Shown here in pieces: positions 46,687 through 56,897 of a stretch of 58,429 nt of DNA. The stretch spans positions 1 to 58,429 of the forward strand of contig JBHHVI010000005.1 in NCBI GenBank assembly GCA_046754225.1, given 5' to 3'. Source of the DNA: Thermodesulfobacteriota bacterium. Lineage in GTDB: Bacteria > Desulfobacterota > GWC2-55-46 > JADFVP01. The first letter of the stretch is position 1; each line of letters starts with the position of its first letter. A program made the position numbers and the translations under genes. Below the pieces are notes generated by a model, which ran no database searches, was not told the DNA's origin, and saw nothing but the letters and a program-made list of their open reading frames with translations.

Positions 46687-47556
46687 TTGAAGATAACAGG
46701 CGCCACAAAAGTCGTGGGGGTCTTCGGGGACCCCGTGGAGCACACCGTCTCCCCGGCCATGCATAACGCCGCGTTCGCCGCCATGGGCATAGACATGGTC
46801 TACCTGCCCTTCCGTGTTTTCGCCGAACCCTCCGATGAGCTCGGCGGCGCCATAAAGGGTATAAGGGCCATGAACATGCGGGGCGTCAACATAACCATCC
46901 CCCACAAGGAGAACGCGATAAAATACCTCGACGAGGTCGACGAGCATGCCGCCGAGATAGGGGCGGTCAATACCGTGGTAAACAAAAACGGCCTTCTCAT
47001 CGGCTACAATACCGACGGCCCGGGCTACCTATTGAGCCTGAGAAAATATACGGGTTTTATCCCGGCCGGTAAACGCGTACTCATATTCGGCGCGGGCGGG
47101 GCGTCGCGCGCCATAGTCTACGCAATACTCGCCGCGAGACCGGCCTCTCTATTAATAGCCAACAGGACCATCGAGAGGGCCGCGGCCCTGAAGGACGCGT
47201 TCGGAGGAAAGTTTAAAGACGTGGAAGTAAAGGTAACGGCTCCGGAGAGTGACCTTTCAAGGGAATTCGCGAAAGAGGCCGACCTTGTGGTAAACGCCAC
47301 GCCCCTTGGCATGGGCGGGAAGGGCGCGCCCGTCATACCGGTGGAAGACCTCTCCGAAAGCGCCGTCGTCTCCGATATCGTCTACACCCCCCTTGAGACC
47401 GGGTTTTTGAAGAGGGCTAAAGAGCGGGGCCTTAAGACCCATGACGGATTGAGCATGCTCGTAAAACAGGGGGCCGTAACCTTCGAACTCTGGACGGGAG
47501 AAAGGGCGCCCCTCGATATAATGAGAAAAGCGGCCCTTCAAGCCCTCTCCCATTAA
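46687..47556 (+). CDS. aroE: Shikimate dehydrogenase
   Basis: HTVSPAMHN, NITIPHK, GAVNT, NTDG and GAGGA motifs. Confidence 0.95.
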   Translation: MKITGATKVVGVFGDPVEHTVSPAMHNAAFAAMGIDMVYLPFRVFAEPSDELGGAIKGIRAMNMRGVNITIPHKENAIKYLDEVDEHAAEIGAVNTVVNKNGLLIGYNTDGPGYLLSLRKYTGFIPAGKRVLIFGAGGASRAIVYAILAARPASLLIANRTIERAAALKDAFGGKFKDVEVKVTAPESDLSREFAKEADLVVNATPLGMGGKGAPVIPVEDLSESAVVSDIVYTPLETGFLKRAKERGLKTHDGLSMLVKQGAVTFELWTGERAPLDIMRKAALQALSH

Positions 47557-47597
47557 GACCGCATAGAGCGCCCCCCGGCCTGCCGGGCCTTTTTGTT

Positions 47598-48308
47598 ATG
47601 AATATAATATTTATCGCAGACGCTCATCTGAAGGGGCCCGATGACCCGAACCAGAAGACCCTCGCCCGGTTTCTCGACGGGCTCAAGGGCGTCGACACCC
47701 TTGTAATCCTCGGAGACCTCTTCGACTTCTGGACGGGCTACAACAAATTCCTCTACGAAAAATACCAACTTGTTCTCGACGCCATGAAAAGTCTACGGGG
47801 GCGGGGGACAAGGATAATCTACCTGGAGGGTAACCACGACTTCACAATGGGGACATTCTTTGTCGATACCCTGGGGGCCGGGGTCTATCAAGACACCCAT
47901 ACGCTCAGGGTGGGTGAAACAAACATCCTCCTCGCCCACGGCGACATGGTGGATATGACCACGGGCTACAGGCTCTGGAGGGGGTTTATCCGAAGTCCGC
48001 TATTCAGGCTCATTTTAAAGATCGCCCCGCCGTGGTTTGTATGGCGCGTGGCCATGCATCTGTCGGGAAAGAGCCGCAATTACAGCGTCAAGGGGAAGTT
48101 CATCGACAGGAGGCTCAGGCGTTTCGCCCGCGAAAGGATAAGTAGCGGCGCAGACGTTGTTATCCTCGGCCACTCCCATGTGGCTGGAGTGCACGAGGAA
48201 GAGGTGAACGGAAAGAAAGGGGTCTACGCCAACCCCGGAAGCTGGCTCGACGGCAGTTACCTCGTTTACAATGACGGCGAGTTCAGGGTGGAGAGGTACA
48301 ACGGTTAG
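47598..48308 (+). CDS. lpxH: UDP-2,3-diacylglucosamine diphosphatase (LpxH-like metallophosphoesterase)
   Basis: IADAHL, GDLFDFW, EGNHD, HGD and GHSH motifs. Confidence 0.8.
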   Translation: MNIIFIADAHLKGPDDPNQKTLARFLDGLKGVDTLVILGDLFDFWTGYNKFLYEKYQLVLDAMKSLRGRGTRIIYLEGNHDFTMGTFFVDTLGAGVYQDTHTLRVGETNILLAHGDMVDMTTGYRLWRGFIRSPLFRLILKIAPPWFVWRVAMHLSGKSRNYSVKGKFIDRRLRRFARERISSGADVVILGHSHVAGVHEEEVNGKKGVYANPGSWLDGSYLVYNDGEFRVERYNG

Positions 48309-48314
48309 AAAAAG

Positions 48315-48497
48315 TCAACTCTCCCCTTCCGCCTCCCTCGTAAAGAGCACGAAGGCCATGGCCGGGCGTTTGGATGCGTCGCGCATGGCGAAATGCAAGG
48401 CGTCGAGGTTCCAGCCATCTTTTACGGCGCTGTTTATGGCCTTCTCCAGCTCCTCGTCAGTAACGGTCGCCACCTCTACCACCTTATACTCGACCAT
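48315..48497 (-). CDS. Small DUF4177-like protein
   Basis: EYKVVE...DGW...FTR pattern. Confidence 0.65.
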   Translation of the reverse strand: MVEYKVVEVATVTDEELEKAINSAVKDGWNLDALHFAMRDASKRPAMAFVLFTREAEGES

Positions 48498-48535
48498 TTT
48501 TTAATCCACCCTTAAAAATTTTTCCGCCGCGCCCT

Positions 48536-49255
48536 TCAAGCCCCGCTCTGCCATACGGCCCTTCCGACAAAGAAGGGGCCCATCTTCTCTATATAGGTCG
48601 AAGTCTGAACGGTCTTTCTCATAGTCTGCACGAGGGCCGAGAGGGGATAGAGGTCCTTGCCGATAAGGCCTATGACAAAGTCGTTGTCCGATTTATCGAG
48701 GCCGAAACTCGCGAGCCTTATGTCGTGGCCGAGGTCCGCCTTTCCAAAGGCGCGTCCTATGATGCCGTGCTCACGTAATATCATACCCTGCTCCCTGGGG
48801 GGGAGTTTATAGAAGGCGCCGCTCCGCTTAAGGGGATACCACACCGCCCAGGGCCATGCCTTGTTCGTCACGACGCGGGGAGACCTTGTAATGAGCCAGT
48901 CGGCGAGGTCCTCTTCGTGGCCCAGTGCGTAAGTGCGCCCCAGCATGGTATATCTGTGTTTCTGTTTCAGCCCGGAAAATTCTTCTTTATTAAGAACCTC
49001 CCTCAGTGTGGAGGTGAAAAAGCCCGGGTCTTCGCTCATGGTAAGTAGCGCAATGCCGCCGGGGTCGTTTACGTCGGCGTAGAGGACCGCCTGTAAACCG
49101 CTCTCTTTAAGGCGTTTTATCTGCGGAGAAAAATCACCGCACCCGCCGAATACGATGAGCTGCATGAAGAGTCGCCTGTCCAGCGTCTGGCGCACCCCTT
49201 CCCTCTCAGCCCCCTTCTCGCTTATATCAACAAGTTTTTCCGTATCCATCTCCAT
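48536..49255 (-). CDS. chdC: Coproheme decarboxylase (ChdC/HemQ), chlorite-dismutase superfamily; probable start 49255
   Basis: WYPLKR with the catalytic-Tyr position intact, proximal His in LREHG, SFGLD-DNDFV and GPFFVG motifs; last gene of the heme cluster. Confidence 0.75.
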   Translation of the reverse strand: MEMDTEKLVDISEKGAEREGVRQTLDRRLFMQLIVFGGCGDFSPQIKRLKESGLQAVLYADVNDPGGIALLTMSEDPGFFTSTLREVLNKEEFSGLKQKHRYTMLGRTYALGHEEDLADWLITRSPRVVTNKAWPWAVWYPLKRSGAFYKLPPREQGMILREHGIIGRAFGKADLGHDIRLASFGLDKSDNDFVIGLIGKDLYPLSALVQTMRKTVQTSTYIEKMGPFFVGRAVWQSGA

Positions 49256-49416
49256 AACAAAGACCCCTTTTTTATTCGATTGGAATTTGGTACCAGCCTG
49301 TATATCGAAAAAATACCGGAGAAGTTTTGCGTAACAAAAACTTCTCCGGATTGTTTTAATTGATAAATACCCCGCCCCTTGAATCAAAGGACGCAGAAGG
49401 GGCGCGCTAAAAAAAA

Positions 49417-50631
49417 TTAAACGGCCTTGCTCTTCCTGGCGTCGTGGGCCTTTTTAGCCGCCTCCGAGGGCTGGTAGGTGCAGAAGGGCTCCTCGTCGAG
49501 GTAGTCTCCGGTAAAGGCGAAGGCGCGGGCGCGGCACCCTCCGCATACCTTCTTGTACTCGCAGTAGCCGCACCTTCCGTGGTAATCGTCCCAGTTCCTC
49601 ATATCCTGAAAGACCTTCGACGTGTCCCATATTACGTCGAAAGGTTCCTTGCGTATATCTCCGCACTCCTCTTCGAGGAAGCCGCATATCTGGACCTTGC
49701 CCCTGTGAGAGACAAAGGCGAAGGACTGGCCCCCCATGCAACCCTTGCTCATGGCGTCCATGCCGTGCGTCTCGGGCGTAACGGATATGCCCTTTTCGCG
49801 TTCTTTCTGTCTGAATATCCTGAAGTAATGGGGCGCGCAGGTGGGCTTGAACATGAGCGGCACCTTGTCCCTCTTCTCGTAAAACCATGTCAACGTCTTT
49901 TCGTAATCCTCGGGGGATATCTCCTGGTCCTTCATGGACTCGCCCCTGCCCGTAGGCACGAGGAGGAAGGGGTGGTGCGCCTTGGCGCCGAGGCTTATGA
50001 CGAGGTCGAGTATTTGAGGGAGCTCGTGGAGGTTATGTTTCGTTATGGTGGTATTGACCTGAAACTCAAGGCCCGCCTTCTTCGCGTTCTCTATGGCCTT
50101 CATCACGCTGGCAAAGGCCCCCGGCACCCGCCTGAAGTTATCGTGGCTCTCGGCGGTGGCTCCGTCTATGGAAAAACTGACACGTTGGATCCCGGCGTCC
50201 ATGAGCTTCTTGGCCGTCTCAACGGTAACGAGAAAGCCGCAGGGCGCCATAACCATCCTTAGCCCCAGGTCCGTGCCGTGCCTGGCGATCTCATAGATGT
50301 CGTCCCTTAACATGGGCTCGCCGCCCGTCATAATCATTATGGGATTGGAGAAAGAGGCGACGTTATCGAGGAACTTGAAACACTCCTCGGTGGTAAGCTC
50401 ACCCGGGTAGGGGCCGAAACGCGCCGCCGCCCGGCAGTGCACGCAGTTAAGGTTGCAGGACCGGGTAAGCTCCCAGGCTATGAGTTTGGGAAGCCATTTT
50501 CTGCCGCCGCTCTTGTCCGGGCCGCCATGGCCGCCGGGGTGACCGCCCTTTGCGTGAGGATGTCCGCCCTTTCCGTGGGGATGCCCCATATCTCCTTGAG
50601 GAAGCCCCGCTTCCCCCTTATGACCGTGCAT
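49417..50631 (-). CDS. ahbD: AdoMet-dependent heme b synthase (radical SAM/SPASM)
   Basis: AWELTRSCNLNCVHCRA, FLLVPTGRG, KPTCAPHYFR and SPASM CGYCEY-VCGGCRARA motifs; follows hemB. Confidence 0.85.
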   Translation of the reverse strand: MHGHKGEAGLPQGDMGHPHGKGGHPHAKGGHPGGHGGPDKSGGRKWLPKLIAWELTRSCNLNCVHCRAAARFGPYPGELTTEECFKFLDNVASFSNPIMIMTGGEPMLRDDIYEIARHGTDLGLRMVMAPCGFLVTVETAKKLMDAGIQRVSFSIDGATAESHDNFRRVPGAFASVMKAIENAKKAGLEFQVNTTITKHNLHELPQILDLVISLGAKAHHPFLLVPTGRGESMKDQEISPEDYEKTLTWFYEKRDKVPLMFKPTCAPHYFRIFRQKEREKGISVTPETHGMDAMSKGCMGGQSFAFVSHRGKVQICGFLEEECGDIRKEPFDVIWDTSKVFQDMRNWDDYHGRCGYCEYKKVCGGCRARAFAFTGDYLDEEPFCTYQPSEAAKKAHDARKSKAV

Positions 50632-50733
50632 AATCTATCTCCTTTTCCTTTAAAAATGCCTTAAAAATCCTATTTTTTATTATACCATATTTAGATGCTT
50701 ATTTCGCCGAAATCACGGCATTCAGGCGCCAGG

Positions 50734-51705
50734 TCAGCCCAAAACCCTCGCCGCCTCCTTCGCGAAATAGGTAAGTATCATGTCGGCCCCGGCGCGCTTG
50801 ATTGAGACAAGGCTCTCCATCATCGCCCTCTCGCCGTCGAGCCAGCCCTTTTCAGCCGCCGCCTTTATCATGGAGAACTCGCCGCTCACGTTATAGGCGG
50901 CAACGGGGTAACCGTAAGTGTCCTTAATCCTCCTTATGATATCGAGGTACGGCAGGGCCGGCTTGACCATAACGATATCCGCCCCCTCTTCTATGTCGAG
51001 GGCCACCTCGCGGAGCGCCTCGTCCGTGTTTGGAGGGTCCATCTGGTAGCTTCTCCTGTCGCCGAACTGAGGGGTGGACTCAGCGGCCTCGCGGAAGGGG
51101 CCGTAAAAGGCGCTCGAGTACTTGGCGGCGTAACTCATTATGGGTATACCGGAAAAACCGTTCCCATCGAGGGTAGTTCTTATGGCCTCGACCCTGCCGT
51201 CCATCATGTCCGAGGGTGCGACCATGTCGGCGCCGGAGCGGGCGTGGGAGAGGGCCTCGGAACTCAAGAGTTTCAGGGTCTCGTCGTTATCCACGTCGCC
51301 CTCTCTTATGACGCCGCAGTGTCCGTGGGAGGTGTACTCGCACATGCATACGTCGGTTATGACCAGAAGTTCCGGCGTACTGTCCTTTATAAATTTTATG
51401 GCCTTTTGTACGGGCCCGCCCGGGTCCGATGCGGCCCCGCCGGTCTCGTCCTTCTTCTCGGGAATCCCGAAGAGTATCACCGCCGGTATGCCGAGGTCTT
51501 TTATCTCCCTTATTTCCTCTTTAAGGTTATCCACGGAGAGTTGAAAATGGCCGGGCATTGAGGTTATGGGTTTCTTAATCCCCCGGCCGAAACTTACAAA
51601 GAGCGGGAGGATGAGGTCATCGGGCGCGAGGGTTGTCTCCCTCACCATTCTCCTCAGCGTCTCGGACTTTCTTAACCTTCTCGGGCGGTATGCGGGAAAA
51701 TTCAT
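50734..51705 (-). CDS. hemB: Porphobilinogen synthase
   Basis: [32 protein letters not shown] and YNVSGE motifs. Confidence 0.97.
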   Translation of the reverse strand: MNFPAYRPRRLRKSETLRRMVRETTLAPDDLILPLFVSFGRGIKKPITSMPGHFQLSVDNLKEEIREIKDLGIPAVILFGIPEKKDETGGAASDPGGPVQKAIKFIKDSTPELLVITDVCMCEYTSHGHCGVIREGDVDNDETLKLLSSEALSHARSGADMVAPSDMMDGRVEAIRTTLDGNGFSGIPIMSYAAKYSSAFYGPFREAAESTPQFGDRRSYQMDPPNTDEALREVALDIEEGADIVMVKPALPYLDIIRRIKDTYGYPVAAYNVSGEFSMIKAAAEKGWLDGERAMMESLVSIKRAGADMILTYFAKEAARVLG

Positions 51706-51744
51706 TTTTTTATTACCTCTCCGGAATTTTTCAATTATACCTTC

Positions 51745-53301
51745 CTAATCCCTTTTTATCTGCCGTGCGTAATATCCTTCTACGGCCTCTGTAAGGGCCG
51801 GTATCGTATATTCCTCAGGCATTATATCGACGGAGAGTCCATTTTCACTGGCGGTCCTCGCCGTAATGGGGCCTATGCAGGCTATCTTTGCTGAATTTAA
51901 AAGTCCGGGCGCCTCCCCCTTTTTAAAAAACCTTAGAAAGTTCGTAACAGTTGAAGAGGAGGTAAAGGTAATAACGTCTATTTCCCCCTCCTTTATGAGC
52001 CCCATTACCACTGCGGCCTCTTTAAGAGGCCTTACAGTCCTGTAGGCCGGCACAACGTCGATACTGCCGCCGAGCCTCTTTATCTCTTGGGGCAGGACCT
52101 CTCTCGCCACAAGGGCGCGGGCGAGTAAAAACCTCTTCCCCTTTATCCCCCGTCTTCCAAGGGCCTTCAGTACGGCCTCGGCTATAAATTTTTTCGGCGT
52201 AATGTCGACCTTGATATTGAGCGCCCTTATCTCCGCCGCGGTCCTCGGGCCTATGGCGCATATCCTCACGCCCTTCAGTTCCCTTACGTCTTTTCCGAGC
52301 TTATAGAGCCTCTCAAAAAAATACTTTACGCCGTTTACGCTCGTAAATACGGCCCAATCATATGTGGGGAGCTTTTTTATCGCCCTGTCAAGGGGGGCCC
52401 ATGAGGGCGGCCTTGTCGTCTTTATGGTGGGCATGACTACAGCCGCTGCGCCGCGGCTCTCAAGGAGAGCGGTGAACTCCCCGGCCTGCTCCGAGGCCCT
52501 TGTAACAAGGACCCTCTTGGCGAAGAGGGGTTTTGTCTCAAACCAGTTGAGCCGGTCCCGGAGCCTTACCACATCGCCCACTACGGTAATTACCGGGGGC
52601 TTTATGCCGGCCTCTTTTGAAAGCTCCACGATATTGTCGAGCCGGCCGGAGACAGTAACCTGAGCCGCCATCGTCCCCCACCTTATGAGGGCGACGGGCG
52701 TGGCCGGGGACCAGCCGTTCTCAAGAAGTTTTTTCCTGATAAAGGCGAGGTTCTTCCACCCCATAAGAAAGACGAGCGTGCCCCTTCCCGTGGAGAGCCT
52801 GTCCCACGCGATATTTGCCCTCTCCTTCAAGGGGTCTTCATGGCCTGTTATAAAGGTAACGGCAGAGGAAAGCTCCCTGTCCGTAAGCGGTATTCCGGCG
52901 TAAGCAGGGGCTGCCACCGCCGAGGTTACCCCGGGTATGACCTCAAAGGGTATCTTCGCCCCTGCGAGGGCGGAGGCCTCCTCGCCGCCGCGGCCGAAGA
53001 CAAAGGGGTCGCCCCCTTTAAGCCTTACGACTTTTTTTCCACTGCGTGCCTTTTGAACGATCAGGCGGTTTATCTTCCCTTGCTCCATTGATTTAAAAGA
53101 ACCTTTTTTACCCACATAGATTGTTTCCACCCCGGGCCGAGCGTGCCCGATGAGACGGGCGTTCGCCAGAAAATCGTAGATGACGCAGTCGGCCTCCTTT
53201 ATAGCGGCGAGCCCTTTTAACGTAATAAGGCCCGGGTCTCCGGGCCCGGCGCCGACGAGATATACCTTGCCTTTATTTATATTTTTATTTTTCCTAACCA
53301 A
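51745..53301 (-). CDS. cobA: Fused uroporphyrinogen-III C-methyltransferase / uroporphyrinogen-III synthase (CobA-HemD)
   Basis: GAGPGDPGLIT and RLKGGDPFVFGRGGEE, then the HemD domain VLVTRA, FTSVNGV, FTSSSTV and CIGPITA. Confidence 0.93.
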   Translation of the reverse strand: MVRKNKNINKGKVYLVGAGPGDPGLITLKGLAAIKEADCVIYDFLANARLIGHARPGVETIYVGKKGSFKSMEQGKINRLIVQKARSGKKVVRLKGGDPFVFGRGGEEASALAGAKIPFEVIPGVTSAVAAPAYAGIPLTDRELSSAVTFITGHEDPLKERANIAWDRLSTGRGTLVFLMGWKNLAFIRKKLLENGWSPATPVALIRWGTMAAQVTVSGRLDNIVELSKEAGIKPPVITVVGDVVRLRDRLNWFETKPLFAKRVLVTRASEQAGEFTALLESRGAAAVVMPTIKTTRPPSWAPLDRAIKKLPTYDWAVFTSVNGVKYFFERLYKLGKDVRELKGVRICAIGPRTAAEIRALNIKVDITPKKFIAEAVLKALGRRGIKGKRFLLARALVAREVLPQEIKRLGGSIDVVPAYRTVRPLKEAAVVMGLIKEGEIDVITFTSSSTVTNFLRFFKKGEAPGLLNSAKIACIGPITARTASENGLSVDIMPEEYTIPALTEAVEGYYARQIKRD

Positions 53302-53488
53302 CGCTCTGCCCTTATTTATACATTATAAGAATTAAAAAAAACTGGCCTTCAGATTATAAAAAGATTAAAAGACCCCTTAAGCCTCTAATTTGCTTTGTTA
53401 AGTTCGCGAAAAATTATACCAGAGGCGCCCCTTCTTATCAAACCCTGAGAAGAAGCGCGGGCTAAAACCCCGGCTTAATCCTTTCGGC

Positions 53489-54016
53489 CTAATCTTTACG
53501 AAAAAAAAGGCGGGGCCTGAATACGGCGAGGAAAAAGACAAGGGGGATGGCTGTGAGGAGGATAAAAAAAGCGACAAGACTGAACCTGTCAAAAATCCTT
53601 GCCGCCTCTTCGAGCATAATCCCTTTTGAAAAGGCCCTCTTTATAACGTTACAATAGATGAAAAACTGAGCCGCCTCAAGGGGGATAAAGACGAAAGAGA
53701 CTACAGCAAGTTTCAGCCTCAGCCACCTGGCCCGCTTAAGCCCTGGAGAGGAAGAGATCATAACGGCCCCGCTTGCGAGGAGCATAAAAAGGCCTACGAG
53801 CTCTATATAGATCAGGAAAAGATACTCACCGAAGAGCCAGAGGCGGACGGTGACATTACCTTCCACACCGGCCAGAAGTATTAAAAAATACCCGCCCGCA
53901 GATGGGCCGAGCCAGATTATAAGCCCGGCGATATGAAAGAGTTTGGCCGCCCTGTAGCGCTCGCTCTTATCTCCTTTGAATTCTCTCATGGAGGAGGTCT
54001 GGTTAAGATACCGCAC
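53489..54016 (-). CDS. Four-TM membrane protein, DUF2269/CopD/HemJ-like superfamily (start may be 53989)
   Basis: KLFHI-x5-W in TM1, WLRLKL before TM3 and LAVFRP at the end. Confidence 0.5.
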   Translation of the reverse strand: MRYLNQTSSMREFKGDKSERYRAAKLFHIAGLIIWLGPSAGGYFLILLAGVEGNVTVRLWLFGEYLFLIYIELVGLFMLLASGAVMISSSPGLKRARWLRLKLAVVSFVFIPLEAAQFFIYCNVIKRAFSKGIMLEEAARIFDRFSLVAFFILLTAIPLVFFLAVFRPRLFFRKD

Positions 54017-55849
54017 TCATTCAACGGCCGCGCCGCTCAAATATTTCTCAAGCACGGTAAGGGCGTTGCCGTAAGAGAGGGGCTCTTCTTTCATGGCGGC
54101 GAGGGAGCGGAGGATCTTTAGCGACAGCTCCCTGTATTCATCATTATTATCGCGCTCGCGCTTAAGGGCGCTGGAAAGCCCGAACAAAAACCCGGCCGCC
54201 GCCGAGTTGCCCGAAGGCACGTCATTATCGATTAAATCCCGTTCCCTCATAAAAAGCCCTTTTCCTTCGTCGTCCGTATCAAAGAAAAGACCTTTAGCCG
54301 CGTCGTAAAAGAGCCCTGTCATCTCTTCGGCGAGGGCCTCTGATTCCTTTAACCAGTTTTTGTCGCCCGTCGCCTCGTAGATATTTACAAGACCCGCGCC
54401 GAGGAGGGCGTAATCCTCAAGAACGGCCTTTTTTACGGCCGTCTCATCAATCACGTAGCGCGCCAGTCCGCCGCCATCTACCCTTGCCGTTTTAAGCAGG
54501 GTCCGGGCGCACTTTTGAGCCTCTTCCAAGAAATCACCCCTTTTAAAAGAGACCGAGGCACAGGCGAGGGCCGAGATCATAAGGCCGTTCCAGCCTGTAA
54601 TCACCTTACGGTCTTTAGCGGGGCCGTCCCTTTTCAGCCTTTCTTTTAAAAGGGCCTTTTTCATCCCTTTAATATCGCCGCTTACCGGCGAATCGGGCCC
54701 TTTTGCCCCGGGGGCTATCCTCAGCGTGTTTTTACCTTCGAAGTTCCCCCCCTCTGTAATGGAAAAATACTCACAGAATTCTTTGCCCTCAATAGAGCCG
54801 AGAATCTCTTTAACCTCACCAGACGACCATACGTAATACTCCCCTTCCACCCCCCCGGCGTCGGCGTCCTCTGCCGCGTAAAATCCCCCTTCCGGGCCCC
54901 TCATGTCACGGAGCAGGTATTCAATCGTCTCCACGGCCGTATCTTTAAAAAAGCCGGAGCCCGTGGCCTCAAAGGCCGCCGCGTAAAGCTCCGAAAGGAG
55001 GGCGTTATCGTAGAGCATCTTTTCAAAATGAGGGACCTCCCACTTTTCGTCCACTGTATACCTGTGAAACCCGCCGCCGAGATGGTCGTATATCCCGCCG
55101 GAGGCCATTGCCGATAGTGATTTTGTTACCATTTCAAGGCCCTCTTCACTGCCTGTCCTCCTGTAATGCTCAAGGAGGAATCTCAGATACATGGCGTGGG
55201 GGAACTTTGTCCCCATGCCGAAGCCGCCCCATCTGGGGTCGTAGAAGAGCTTCGCCGCCTTAAAGGCATGGTCGGCCACGCCGGGCGACAGTTCCAGGGG
55301 TTTTTGCTGAGCGCCCCGGCCAATGGCCCTTTCAATCGACTCGGTAAGTTCGGCGAGTTTACCCCTATTCTTCCCGTAGGAGTCGCTTATGTAGAGGAGT
55401 ACGTTTTTAAAGGAGGGTAGCCCCATGGAGTCTTCGGGGGGGAAATAGGTGCCTCCGTAAAAGGGCGCGCCCCCGGGAGTGGTAAAGGCGTTAAGGGGCC
55501 AGCCCGCCTGGCCCGTCAGGGCCTGCACGGCCTTCATGTAGAGGCTGTCTATATCGGGATGCTCTTCCCTGTCCACCTTTATATTTATAAACCTTTCGTT
55601 CATTATGCGCGCCGTTTCTTCGTCCTCATAGGACTCCCTCTCCATAACGTGGCACCAGTGGCACGAGGAGTAGCCTATGCTCACGAGTACGGGTTTATCC
55701 TCCCCTCTCGCCCTCTCAAAGGCCTCTTCGCCCCAGGGGTACCAGTGGACGGGGTTTTTCGCGTGCTCGAGGAGGTACGGGCTCTTTTCCTTTGTGAGAC
55801 GGTTAAAACCCTCGTTTTTATTGTTTTTTTTGTTTATCGGTTCTTTCAA
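54017..55849 (-). CDS. YyaL/SSP411 thioredoxin-domain protein (DUF255)
   Basis: [37 protein letters not shown] and [11 protein letters not shown] motifs. Confidence 0.92.
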   Translation of the reverse strand: MKEPINKKNNKNEGFNRLTKEKSPYLLEHAKNPVHWYPWGEEAFERARGEDKPVLVSIGYSSCHWCHVMERESYEDEETARIMNERFINIKVDREEHPDIDSLYMKAVQALTGQAGWPLNAFTTPGGAPFYGGTYFPPEDSMGLPSFKNVLLYISDSYGKNRGKLAELTESIERAIGRGAQQKPLELSPGVADHAFKAAKLFYDPRWGGFGMGTKFPHAMYLRFLLEHYRRTGSEEGLEMVTKSLSAMASGGIYDHLGGGFHRYTVDEKWEVPHFEKMLYDNALLSELYAAAFEATGSGFFKDTAVETIEYLLRDMRGPEGGFYAAEDADAGGVEGEYYVWSSGEVKEILGSIEGKEFCEYFSITEGGNFEGKNTLRIAPGAKGPDSPVSGDIKGMKKALLKERLKRDGPAKDRKVITGWNGLMISALACASVSFKRGDFLEEAQKCARTLLKTARVDGGGLARYVIDETAVKKAVLEDYALLGAGLVNIYEATGDKNWLKESEALAEEMTGLFYDAAKGLFFDTDDEGKGLFMRERDLIDNDVPSGNSAAAGFLFGLSSALKRERDNNDEYRELSLKILRSLAAMKEEPLSYGNALTVLEKYLSGAAVE

Positions 55850-55926
55850 TACGCCTCCTTGCCCATTAAACGGTCTTTAGGAAATCATAAACAAATTATA
55901 GCAGTTTTTTTCCTCCCTGCTTTCTT

Positions 55927-55954
55927 TTGACAACCCGGAAAAGAGGAGTATAAT
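55927..55954 (+). promoter_or_regulatory. Consensus sigma70 promoter upstream of the DJ-1 gene
   Basis: TTGACA (55927-55932), 16-bp spacer, TATAAT (55949-55954). Confidence 0.75.
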
Positions 55955-56061
55955 TTTATTATTATCACATGCCCGGTGTGAGGCGGACTCCGCCGGGGGG
56001 GGGCGGGGGGCCGGTTGGGCAAGCAGAAATTTTTCCAACAATCACGGAGGGAAATTTTACA

Positions 56062-56610
56062 ATGAAAAGGGTACTCATCCCCCTCGCGCCGGGTTTTGAA
56101 GAGATCGAGGCCCTCGCTGTCGTCGATATCCTGAGAAGGGCGGGAGCCGAAGTCGTAACGGCCGGCATAGTAGAGGGCGCCATAGAGGGAAGGAGCGGAA
56201 TAAGGGTCGTGCCCGACAAAGCTCTCGAAGGCATATTGGCAGAACCCTTTGACATGTTAGTGCTCCCGGGGGGCGCGCCGGGAACTGAAAACCTCAAAAA
56301 AGACCCGAGGATACTAAAACTCGTCAAGGAATTTTACAGCGCGAACAAACTCGTAGCCGCCATCTGCGCCGCGCCCACCGTCCTTTCGGCCGCCGGGGTT
56401 ACGGAAGGTAAAAACGTAACATGCCACCCCGGCGTAAGGGACGAATTAACAGGGGAAACCCTCTCCGACGAGCGGGTCGTGGTGGACAAGAATATCGTTA
56501 CGAGCCAGGGGCCCGGCACGGCCATAGAGTTCGCCTTCAAGCTGGTGGAACTCCTTTTCGGCCCTGAGAAGGCCGAAAAGGTTAACAGAGGCGTGCTGGC
56601 GAGGCTGTAA
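56062..56610 (+). CDS. DJ-1/PfpI family protein (YajL/ThiJ type)
   Basis: GFEEIEA, DILRRAG, LPGG, AICAAP and TSQGPGTA motifs; GGAGG RBS before the ATG at 56062. Confidence 0.92.
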   Translation: MKRVLIPLAPGFEEIEALAVVDILRRAGAEVVTAGIVEGAIEGRSGIRVVPDKALEGILAEPFDMLVLPGGAPGTENLKKDPRILKLVKEFYSANKLVAAICAAPTVLSAAGVTEGKNVTCHPGVRDELTGETLSDERVVVDKNIVTSQGPGTAIEFAFKLVELLFGPEKAEKVNRGVLARL

Positions 56611-56687
56611 AGGAGGCATTTAATGAAACCCCCTATAATCGGGGGGCAAAGCTTTCCATATAACAATATAGCAGAGGAGGAAGAGAG

Positions 56688-56897
56688 ATGAAAAGGCACG
56701 AGGAGATAGCAAGGAACGCCTATGAGCTCTTTGAAAAGAGCGGAAGGGTTCACGGCAGGGACGCCGAGAACTGGCTTGAGGCCGAGAAGACCGTGCTGGC
56801 GAAGGTGAAGCCCGGGAAAAAGGCCTCCGGCGCAAAAAAGGCTTCGGTGGCCGCGCCCCGGAAAAAAAGTACGGCAAGGAGCGGAAAAAGGGCCTGA
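56688..56897 (+). CDS. DUF2934 domain protein with a basic tail
   Basis: IARNAYELFE-GR-HG-D-ENWLEAE signature; GAGGA RBS. Confidence 0.85.
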   Translation: MKRHEEIARNAYELFEKSGRVHGRDAENWLEAEKTVLAKVKPGKKASGAKKASVAAPRKKSTARSGKRA

